From positions 1 to 35,244 of the IMG/VR virus record IMGVR_UViG_3300032280_000431: DNA of 35,244 nucleotides. One strand, given 5' to 3'. The position numbers and the translations under genes are program-made. This DNA is from a virus (Duplodnaviria > Caudoviricetes). This document shows, one piece after another, positions 1-7,257 of the stretch (position 1 is the stretch's first letter; each line of letters starts with the position of its first letter). The notes below the pieces were generated by a model. The model searched no databases and was not told the DNA's origin. It saw nothing but the letters and a program-made list of their open reading frames with translations.

Positions 1-56
1 AAGAAAAAACCGCTGAGATATTTGACATCCGCAGGCTTGCGGGACTAAAAGTTTAA
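1..56 (+). CDS. 3' end of upstream gene, probable prohead core/scaffold protein (gp22-like), partial
   Basis: The frame from nt 3 reads EKTAEIFDIRRLAGLKV* (TAA 54-56). It lies immediately before the capsid gene, matching the T4 order 21-22-23. Function is inferred from position only. Confidence 0.5.
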   Translation, partial: EKTAEIFDIRRLAGLKV

Positions 57-67
57 GGAGAACTATA

Positions 68-1237
68 ATGTCACAATTACTCGAGTCACGCTGGTCGGAA
101 ACCAAAGAGGCCCTTTTAGAAGGTCTTCAAGGTAACAAGCGTACCGTAATGGCAACAACTCTCGAAAATACCCGCAAGTATTTGTCAGAAAGTGCCACTG
201 CTGGTGCAACTTCCGCCGGTAACGTTGCAACCCTAAATCGTGTGATCCTTCCAGTGATCAGACGTGTAATGCCTACCGTTATTGCTAACGAATTAGTAGG
301 TGTACAACCAATGACTGGCCCAGTTGGTCAGATCCATACTCTACGTGTACGTTACAGCGATACTTTCGCTGGTTCTACCGGTGGAGCAACTACAGCTGGT
401 GAAGAGGCTCTAAGCCCATTCAAGATTGCTGAAGGCTATTCTGGTGCCACAACTGGTAAGCCAGCTTCTACAGCAAACTTAGAAGGTGTAGCTGGTAACA
501 AACTAAGCATTCAAATCTTGAAACAGACAGTTGAAGCTAAGACACGTAAATTGTCAGCTCGCTGGACTTTTGAAGCTGCTCAAGATGCACAAGCCCAACA
601 AGGCATTGACATCGAAGCAGAAATCATGGCTGCTCTTGCACAAGAGATCACAGCTGAGATTGATCAAGAAGTTCTACGTAGCCTAGCTACATTGTCTTCA
701 ACAGTATTAACATACGACCAAGCTGCGGTATCTGGTACAGCTACATTCGTTGGTGACGAACACGCTGCTTTAGCTGTTCAAATCAATCGTGCAGCAAACT
801 TGATCGCTCAGCGTACACGTCGTGGTGCTGGTAACTGGGCTGTTGTTTCTCCAACAACATTGACACTACTACAATCTGCTACTACTAGCGCATTTGCTCG
901 TACAACAGAAGGTACATTCGAAGCACCTACAAACACCAAGTTTGTTGGTACATTGAACAGTGCAATGAAAGTATATGTTAACACATATGCTGAGAACGAC
1001 AACGTTCTAGTTGGTTACAAAGGTGGTTCTGAGTCTGATGCAGCAGCATTCTATTGCCCATACATTCCATTGATGAGCAGTGGTGTTGTTCTTGACCCAG
1101 CAACTTTCGAACCAGTCGTGTCATTCATGACACGTTATGGTTATGTTGAGTTGACAAACACAGCTTCTTCTCTAGGTAACGCAGCTGACTACCTAGCGAC
1201 TGTTGCTGTAACATCCGCTAACCTACGTTTTGCTTAA
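68..1237 (+). CDS. gp23: Major capsid protein, T4 gp23 family
   Basis: gp23 motifs: RRVMPTVIANELVGVQPMTGPVGQI, VEAKTRKLSARWTFEAAQD, GIDIEAE..EITAEID, AFYCPYIPL, FEPVVSFMTRYG. SD GGAG at 57-60. Confidence 0.95.
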   Translation: MSQLLESRWSETKEALLEGLQGNKRTVMATTLENTRKYLSESATAGATSAGNVATLNRVILPVIRRVMPTVIANELVGVQPMTGPVGQIHTLRVRYSDTFAGSTGGATTAGEEALSPFKIAEGYSGATTGKPASTANLEGVAGNKLSIQILKQTVEAKTRKLSARWTFEAAQDAQAQQGIDIEAEIMAALAQEITAEIDQEVLRSLATLSSTVLTYDQAAVSGTATFVGDEHAALAVQINRAANLIAQRTRRGAGNWAVVSPTTLTLLQSATTSAFARTTEGTFEAPTNTKFVGTLNSAMKVYVNTYAENDNVLVGYKGGSESDAAAFYCPYIPLMSSGVVLDPATFEPVVSFMTRYGYVELTNTASSLGNAADYLATVAVTSANLRFA

Positions 1238-1260
1238 TCCGTAACACGTAAACGCAACTT

Positions 1261-1286
1261 CAAAAAGCACCTTCGGGTGCTTTTTG
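1261..1286 (+). terminator. Rho-independent terminator with C(UUCG)G tetraloop
   Basis: CAAAAAGCACC-TTCG-GGTGCTTTTTG is a perfect stem with a U-tract, just after the capsid stop. UUCG-capped terminators are typical of T4-like phages. Confidence 0.9.
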
Positions 1287-1293
1287 TTTGACT

Positions 1294-1299
1294 TAAATA
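1294..1299 (+). promoter_or_regulatory. T4-type late promoter core TAAATA
   Basis: TTAAATA-TCAGC-ATG(1305), directly after the terminator. Confidence 0.6.
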
Positions 1300-1304
1300 T
1301 CAGC

Positions 1305-1574
1305 ATGAAAGTAGAATCAGACCAAGATTTTAAACAACTTCGTGAGCAGTTTGCAGCATGGCGACATCGCTTTCCTATGTTTACGCATGATGTGCAACGT
1401 ATTGAAAAAATAATAAATCAACACATTACTGCGCACAGTAAAATAATGGTCATGTATAGACAGACCAAAAATCGCAGCTACTTAGAAAAAGCACAACAAG
1501 AAATCAACACTATTAACACTGTGTTAGCCACAGTGGAAAAAATGGAACTGATGAGTCTGCTAAGCCGCGGATAA
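1305..1574 (+). CDS. Hypothetical helical protein (89 aa; start revised from TTG 1284 to ATG 1305)
   Basis: ORF MKVESDQ...LLSRG. The TTG at 1284 lies in the terminator U-tract, while ATG 1305 follows a TAAATA core. Confidence 0.7.
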   Translation: MKVESDQDFKQLREQFAAWRHRFPMFTHDVQRIEKIINQHITAHSKIMVMYRQTKNRSYLEKAQQEINTINTVLATVEKMELMSLLSRG

Positions 1575-1577
1575 ATA
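1571..1577 (+). promoter_or_regulatory. Late promoter core ATAAATA (its TAA is the upstream stop codon)
   Basis: GGATAAATAAAG upstream of the 1646 gene. Confidence 0.65.
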
Positions 1578-1582
1578 AAGTA

Positions 1583-1627
1583 TCTAGAATTTATTATGCG
1601 GTACCCGCCGCGTAGACCTAGAACGTC
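1583..1627 (+). ncRNA. Candidate structured 5' leader RNA (two hairpins, possible long-range pairing)
   Basis: TATGCGG(1595-1601)/CCGCGTA(1608-1614); GAC(1615-17)-CTAGAAC-GTC(1625-27); TCTAG(1583-87) is complementary to loop CTAGA(1618-22). Confidence 0.4.
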
Positions 1628-1645
1628 AATCACAAGGAGAATCAA

Positions 1646-2041
1646 ATGGGACGTCCAGTAAAAAGAGATGTAAACGGTGTATTGGTATTTGGAGATTTCA
1701 CAACCACTAGCGTTGGTATTAGAGTTGTTGCTAATATTGGCGGTACAATCAGAGATGATGTGTATATTGTTAAACAAACAGGTACAAGAGCATATAGAGT
1801 GTTTGATGTATCAGACAGTGCAACAGGTCTATGTAGATTGGTCAACAAAGACGACGACAAACTATCAACAGGCGAAATGGTGATGTCAGGTCGCGTGGCT
1901 GCTGATGCTAATGAAGCAACCAACGGTCGTAGAATTAGAAAGTTAACCAAGCGTATTGCTACTGATTTTAGCGGTGCTCGCTATAAATGGTCTCTAGCAA
2001 ACGATTCCACATCAGACGATATTTTATTAGTTGCACTATAA
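1646..2041 (+). CDS. Hypothetical protein, probably virion/head-associated
   Basis: 131-aa ORF with strong SD AAGGAG, in the late operon after the capsid gene. Confidence 0.75.
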   Translation: MGRPVKRDVNGVLVFGDFTTTSVGIRVVANIGGTIRDDVYIVKQTGTRAYRVFDVSDSATGLCRLVNKDDDKLSTGEMVMSGRVAADANEATNGRRIRKLTKRIATDFSGARYKWSLANDSTSDDILLVAL

Positions 2042-2054
2042 TCTAGGACTGTAA

Positions 2055-3107
2055 ATGGGACAGTTTCTCAGAGTCAACGGTGACTACAACATTCGAGCAG
2101 GCGATGGTGCCAAGATAACACTTGACACCGGCCCTGTTGCGAGTGGCGGGTCAGTTAGAGTTACTGGTAATCTTGTGGTTGAAGGTGATACTTTTAACAT
2201 CAGTACCACTAACCTAACCATCGAAGACAACATCATCTCATTAAACACTGGAGAAGTTGGTCCAGGTGTATCGCTGATATATTCGGGTATTGAAATCGAA
2301 CGTGGCAACACATCTTCAATAACTCCGCAGAACAATGCCAGCTTTCTGTATGATGAAAGCACAGACTCATGGATACTAGCACACGGATCAGCACCAGGAC
2401 CGTTTAACTTTGATGCTAGCAGTCTAAGACTCAAACAAATACTAACTAACTCAACAACAGATTCAGGCGACCTTACCCTCATAGGCTCAGGCACAGGAGT
2501 AGTCAAAGTCATAGGTACTACAACCTATGAAGCTCAAGTCACACACGACGACGATCTTCCTAATAAAAAATATGTTGATGATTCGATTCTTAACAATCCC
2601 ACTTTTCAGATTGTTGCACCACAAGCTCAGGATACCAAAGTTGTTATTGCGGATAAAGAAATAACACCTAACACGTCAGGACAAGCTGGATCGTTAGCCT
2701 ATTTTACAGCAACAACCACACACAGCACCTATGGCGAAAGTGCGGTGAGTATCATTGTTGACAATGCTCTAGTTGGACAGTTTTATGCCAACAGATTCGA
2801 AACCGGTGATTTAGAAATAGGCGGTGGACCTGATCGCAATGAAATAACTTCTAGAGCAGGTATCACTAACGAAAATGTCTATGTGCGAACACAGGGCACA
2901 GGTAAATTGCAAACCAACTATGCAATTCAAATAGAAAATATTGGAGTGGTTCCTAGTTATGTGTCAAACAGTGTGTTGCTGTATGCAGCTGCACCTAGTG
3001 TAGGAACCACTGGTATATATTTTGTCAATGACAGCGCAGAAGTAGCTAAACAGAACGGCGAGTTGATAAGTAAAAACAAAGCACTGGTATTCAGCATGCT
3101 ATTTTAA
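2055..3107 (+). CDS. Virion structural protein (fibre-like beta repeats)
   Basis: 350 aa, G/T/S-rich. The segment GNLVVEG..TTNLTIEDNIISLN..SGIEIERG is typical of fibre-like proteins of large T4-like phages. SD AGGA. Confidence 0.7.
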   Translation: MGQFLRVNGDYNIRAGDGAKITLDTGPVASGGSVRVTGNLVVEGDTFNISTTNLTIEDNIISLNTGEVGPGVSLIYSGIEIERGNTSSITPQNNASFLYDESTDSWILAHGSAPGPFNFDASSLRLKQILTNSTTDSGDLTLIGSGTGVVKVIGTTTYEAQVTHDDDLPNKKYVDDSILNNPTFQIVAPQAQDTKVVIADKEITPNTSGQAGSLAYFTATTTHSTYGESAVSIIVDNALVGQFYANRFETGDLEIGGGPDRNEITSRAGITNENVYVRTQGTGKLQTNYAIQIENIGVVPSYVSNSVLLYAAAPSVGTTGIYFVNDSAEVAKQNGELISKNKALVFSMLF

Positions 3108-3116
3108 GAGACAACT

Positions 3117-3518
3117 ATGATAAGAAATTATGAAAATCCAGAAGGCACACTATCACTGATTGATTCTACCAGTGTTACAGTACCTGTAAAAGTGTTTACC
3201 AGTTCAACCACAGGTGGACCAATCGCAGGCGGTGTAACAGGTAGAGAAAATGCTGTGACCACTATAGCATTGTGTAACACAGCAGCACCAGATCCCGCAG
3301 ACGAAACAACTAATTCGGTCACAGTGAATATCTATGTAGTACGCAGCGGACTGAGTTATGGCCCTGGCAATCTCGTGGTTAACAGTCTAGTTGTGCCTGC
3401 AGGTGAAACGGTGTTCTTCTCGGAAGAACGCATAGTAACAGCCAGTGGCGATGCTATATGGGTCGGAACATCATCAGCTGCGAGGTTAGCTGTTACTGTG
3501 AGTGTTCTAGCAGTATGA
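3117..3518 (+). CDS. Small beta-rich structural protein (same family as 6526 and 20535)
   Basis: The pattern VTTIALCN..VNIYVV..SLVVPAGET..ERIV..GDAI..VTVS is shared with the 6526 and 20535 ORFs. Confidence 0.7.
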   Translation: MIRNYENPEGTLSLIDSTSVTVPVKVFTSSTTGGPIAGGVTGRENAVTTIALCNTAAPDPADETTNSVTVNIYVVRSGLSYGPGNLVVNSLVVPAGETVFFSEERIVTASGDAIWVGTSSAARLAVTVSVLAV

Positions 3519-4240
3519 AATTCTTAAAGACCAAAAATATTTCGCAGTTCAGCATCAACGATCGTGCCTTGATATATTATCCTGCTGGCAATGGACCAGG
3601 CAACAGAATAGTAGTTAACGCCAACGGCGGTATGATGTTGCCCAAAGGTACGACTGCACAACGTCCACAATTGACTAGTGTGCGTCAACCTACAGATGCC
3701 AACGGTACTATAAGATACAACACCACTATTCCAGCACTAGAAGCCTATGTAGGAGGAGCATGGGTCACCGTAGCTAGTCCATTTGCTGCTGCTATTACCA
3801 AACAAACACTAGGCCCCGGAGACGGAGTAGTTACTATTTTTGGACCATTAAACAGTACCTTTGCAGCATCATATGCTGCCAGTGCAGACAATGTACTTGT
3901 ACTAGTAGAAAACGTCATGCAGATTTCTACCACAAACTTTACAATAAATCAAAATCCTACCAGCACAGGCACAGGGGCTGAAATCAACGCTACTGCATTG
4001 AGCAGTGCCAACAACGGCACAAGTTATATAATCACTTCAGTAGGCTCCACAACATTTACTTCATTTGGTGCAGGTGCAAACACAGTAGGTACAGTGTTTA
4101 CTAAGTCAGGCGGTACTCCTACAGGCACCGGAAAGGTGCGTGAGGCTGGATATTATCTCACATTCACATCAGCAGTACCTGCATCAGGAGGAGGCGGTAA
4201 TCCAGTTTACGTAACTGTATACTACGGATACGCCAACTAA
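3515..4240 (+). CDS. Virion structural protein (start revised to ATG 3515)
   Basis: ATGA overlap with the 3117 gene stop. Carries the LPKGTTAQRP..GTIRYNTT..LEAY.GGAW fibre motif. Confidence 0.75.
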   Translation: MKFLKTKNISQFSINDRALIYYPAGNGPGNRIVVNANGGMMLPKGTTAQRPQLTSVRQPTDANGTIRYNTTIPALEAYVGGAWVTVASPFAAAITKQTLGPGDGVVTIFGPLNSTFAASYAASADNVLVLVENVMQISTTNFTINQNPTSTGTGAEINATALSSANNGTSYIITSVGSTTFTSFGAGANTVGTVFTKSGGTPTGTGKVREAGYYLTFTSAVPASGGGGNPVYVTVYYGYAN

Positions 4241-4242
4241 CA

Positions 4243-5337
4243 ATGAGTCAACTGGGGCGCATAGGTGGTCAGGTATTAACAGACAACCTGTTACGTGCAG
4301 GTGTTGACCTAGCGTTTGAAACTGATTTACTATATCTTGATGTAAACAATCAGCGAATAGGAGTTAAAGACTCAACTCCTGTATACGATCTTGATGTAAA
4401 CAGCAACATCTACACCAACGAGCTTACAGCCGTCACCCAACTTGCTCCAGGTAATCTAAGACTAAACTCGCCCAACACTATTACAACCAGTGTAGGAGGC
4501 ATTGATGTTTATATTAATGGCGGTGGAGAAATCTTTCATGATAGACTTGTCACAGCTAATCTTGTTTTAGATGGCAATCTCATATCTAGTATAGCTAACA
4601 GCAACATAATACTAGACCCTAATGGATCAGGCACAGTGGAATTAAAAGCCGATACCAACATCACCGGAGATCTTGCAGTTACCGGTAATATCTCTATGAG
4701 TGGAAATCTCACAGGACTAGGCACACTGACTTTTGGTGATCAAACTCTTGACACTGTGACCATCAACACAGATTTTACTCAGAGCATTATCCCCGGTGAT
4801 GATGTAACATATGCCATGGGTGCCGATGCAGGCGATTCTAGTCCACGGCGCTGGGCAGATTTACATGCATCAGAATGGCAGTACATAACTGATGGTGCAT
4901 GGCCCGGAAGCGGCATTGTGCCAGGGTCAGTAGTGATCAGCGATCAAATGACTCTAGACGGAGTTAATAACAAAATATCAGCTATTCAATCCAACGACGA
5001 TATTTTACTGAGCCCTGACACCGGAATAACATTCATAGAAAATACCAAATGGCAAAACAATGATATCACAAACTTGTTAAACACACCGTTAACTGTTGCT
5101 GCTACTGGTATAGGATATTATGTGTTTTCAGGCAACAACGGTATGATAATACCTGCTGGACCGGACATTGATCGAAGAGCCAGTCCAGAGGTTGGCGAAA
5201 CTAGATGGAATACTGATCAACAGTATCTTGAATGTTATGATGGTGCAGTATGGGCAGTAAGCACTGGTGGAGGTATCGAGGTCACAACAGAAATCATGGA
5301 AGACCTCGGCCATGCCTACACTCTTATGCTAGGCTAA
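4243..5337 (+). CDS. Fibre-like virion structural protein, paralog A
   Basis: N-terminus GRIGGQVLTDNLLRAGVDLAFETDLLYLDV; LDPNGSGTV repeats; C-terminal P.G...RP..GETRWNTD..LECYDG..W motif. Confidence 0.8.
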   Translation: MSQLGRIGGQVLTDNLLRAGVDLAFETDLLYLDVNNQRIGVKDSTPVYDLDVNSNIYTNELTAVTQLAPGNLRLNSPNTITTSVGGIDVYINGGGEIFHDRLVTANLVLDGNLISSIANSNIILDPNGSGTVELKADTNITGDLAVTGNISMSGNLTGLGTLTFGDQTLDTVTINTDFTQSIIPGDDVTYAMGADAGDSSPRRWADLHASEWQYITDGAWPGSGIVPGSVVISDQMTLDGVNNKISAIQSNDDILLSPDTGITFIENTKWQNNDITNLLNTPLTVAATGIGYYVFSGNNGMIIPAGPDIDRRASPEVGETRWNTDQQYLECYDGAVWAVSTGGGIEVTTEIMEDLGHAYTLMLG

Positions 5338-5350
5338 TTCTCCAAAACTG

Positions 5351-5357
5351 ATAAATA
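5351..5357 (+). promoter_or_regulatory. Late promoter core ATAAATA
   Basis: GATAAATAAC near the start of the 131-nt intergenic region before 5469. Confidence 0.65.
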
Positions 5358-5364
5358 ACTTTAA

Positions 5365-5462
5365 TTGCAGAAACGACCATTTTTGCAAGATCCGACTGTG
5401 GTAAACCGACAAAGAGCGCAAGCTGAAAATCTGGTTAACGGTGAAACACCGGGGTTATTGGA
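5365..5462 (+). ncRNA. Candidate multi-stem cis-regulatory RNA in a 5' UTR
   Basis: Stems 5365-73/5380-88; AACC 5404-07/GGTT 5433-36 enclosing AGC-GCAA-GCT (GNRA loop); CGGTG-AAA-CACCG 5439-51; TCCGA 5391-95 can pair with TTGGA 5458-62, overlapping the SD. Confidence 0.5.
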
Positions 5463-5468
5463 GAGCAC

Positions 5469-6521
5469 ATGGCTATTGGTCGTATTTCCGGTCAGCTCTT
5501 AAAGTCTAACTTACTCCGTGCGGGTGAGAATTTAGCCTTTGAGACAGACTTACTCTATCTGGATGTTGTGAACTCTCGTATCGGGATAAAAACAGCAGCC
5601 CCTACCACTGACCTAGATGTTAACGGACACATTCGCTCCACAAACATCACTGTAGACAATCAATTAAACATCGGTGACTTACACTTTACTGGCAATACCA
5701 TAACCAGTGATTCCAACACTATAACGTTTGCAGCGGCAGCAGGTGAAGCCACAGTATATCATTCAAGACTGCAGATAGATGATCTGCAACTGCAGGGCAG
5801 CACAATATCGACCACGGTCAGCAACAGCAGCATAGAGCTAGACCCTAACGGTACTGGCACAGTCAATATAATATCCAACACTAATATCACTGGTAATCTT
5901 GCGGTCACAGGCAATGTTAATGCCACAGGCAATGTGGTCATAGGCGGAAACATACAAATTGGCGATGCACTTACAGATAATATCGTAATCAATGCTAGTA
6001 TTCGTAGTGACCTAGTTCCCGAAACTGACAACACCTACGATTTGGGATCTCCTACATATCGTTGGAGAGCGATTTACTCTTATAATCTTTACACAACTGC
6101 GATAACTGTTCCAACCTTAGATGTTGGTAATTTAATGTTCCGCGATAATCAAATCACTACTACTACAGGACTGGACCTATATATTGACGGTAACGGAGCT
6201 GGTGGAGTTAGACTAGGTAATTTTAAGATCGCTGATAATGTGATTACTAACGTTGTATCAGGTGCTGTATCGCAAATCGCACAGACTGGTACAGGATATT
6301 TCAAGATACAAGGTACCAACGGATTCGTACCTCCTGTAGGAGCAGCTGACACTAGACCAACGGCCTATGCTGTATTAGGTATGACACGATTTAACACAGA
6401 TTCAGCTGCTTTAGAAATTTGGGACGGAGCAGACTGGGCAAGTCCTGCAGGTGCAGCAGGTGCTGTGTCTGTTGCAGAAGCCAACGACATTGCTGCCCAA
6501 CTAGCACTTACACTAGGATAA
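5469..6521 (+). CDS. Fibre-like virion structural protein, paralog B
   Basis: N-terminus GRISGQLLKSNLLRAGENLAFETDLLYLDV is near-identical to the 4243 ORF, with the same overall architecture. SD GGAG. Confidence 0.8.
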   Translation: MAIGRISGQLLKSNLLRAGENLAFETDLLYLDVVNSRIGIKTAAPTTDLDVNGHIRSTNITVDNQLNIGDLHFTGNTITSDSNTITFAAAAGEATVYHSRLQIDDLQLQGSTISTTVSNSSIELDPNGTGTVNIISNTNITGNLAVTGNVNATGNVVIGGNIQIGDALTDNIVINASIRSDLVPETDNTYDLGSPTYRWRAIYSYNLYTTAITVPTLDVGNLMFRDNQITTTTGLDLYIDGNGAGGVRLGNFKIADNVITNVVSGAVSQIAQTGTGYFKIQGTNGFVPPVGAADTRPTAYAVLGMTRFNTDSAALEIWDGADWASPAGAAGAVSVAEANDIAAQLALTLG

Positions 6522-6525
6522 TAAA

Positions 6526-6858
6526 ATGCCAACAGTATTTAAACACGCACTGGTCACACAAATAGGAACTAACCCTACTGATGTAGTAGAGATCGGCGGT
6601 GGTGTCAGAGCCACAGTGATCGGCTGCAATCTAGCCAACGTCACTGAGTATGACACTGTGGTGGTAGACATACAGGTAGTAGGAGCCGATACCACATCGG
6701 CATATTATGTTAAAGGTCTAGCAATACCACCAAACACCAGTGTAAAAGTAATCACACAGGGAGAAAAGTTAATTCTTCCAGAAAACACAGAATTGCGAAT
6801 TGTAACAAATACCGCTGACAGCATAGATGCTACTGTCAGTTATGTAGAGATATCATAA
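6526..6858 (+). CDS. Small beta-rich structural protein (same family as 3117 and 20535)
   Basis: TVIGCNLAN..YYVKGLAIPPNTS..EKLIL..ATVSYVEIS. Confidence 0.75.
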   Translation: MPTVFKHALVTQIGTNPTDVVEIGGGVRATVIGCNLANVTEYDTVVVDIQVVGADTTSAYYVKGLAIPPNTSVKVITQGEKLILPENTELRIVTNTADSIDATVSYVEIS

Positions 6859-6868
6859 GGGGAGCGAC

Positions 6869-7243
6869 ATGGCTGGAAATTCAAGCACTTACTATTTAGG
6901 AACAACACCGTCAGAGTCGTTGGGCGAAAGTCCCAGATATTGGTATGCACTACGCAGAAATGAAGACGGCGAATTATTTTTAGTTAGAAGTGATCAGATA
7001 GCTGATCTCGATGCCTACGAATTAAATATTCCAGGACCACCTGAAGAAGACTTTGACGAGTTTGAACCAGGGGTTGATTTTCTAGATGGCATTGATGAAG
7101 ATCACGAGCCTGTAAAAGAAAACATGTTCTATCCTCAATATAAATGGGATAATAGATCATTATTTTATTATGTCGACAACGAAGGAATGTTTTCAGTAAG
7201 AATAAACAAAGGATATACTTATCCCAACGGAATAAGTTCATAA
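6869..7243 (+). CDS. Hypothetical acidic protein in the virion operon
   Basis: 124-aa ORF with SD GGGGAG, tightly packed between structural genes. Confidence 0.75.
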   Translation: MAGNSSTYYLGTTPSESLGESPRYWYALRRNEDGELFLVRSDQIADLDAYELNIPGPPEEDFDEFEPGVDFLDGIDEDHEPVKENMFYPQYKWDNRSLFYYVDNEGMFSVRINKGYTYPNGISS

Positions 7244-7257
7244 TTAGGAATTTATAA

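Noticed and set aside
3065-3072. GATAAGTA inside the 3' end of the 2055 gene as a late promoter
   Set aside because: It is a variant core within coding sequence, with no independent support.
5391-5462. c-di-GMP-I riboswitch or hammerhead ribozyme (GGTAAACC, GCAA, GAAAC elements)
   Set aside because: It lacks the GEMM P2 arrangement and the hammerhead CUGANGA core. Kept only as an unclassified structure.
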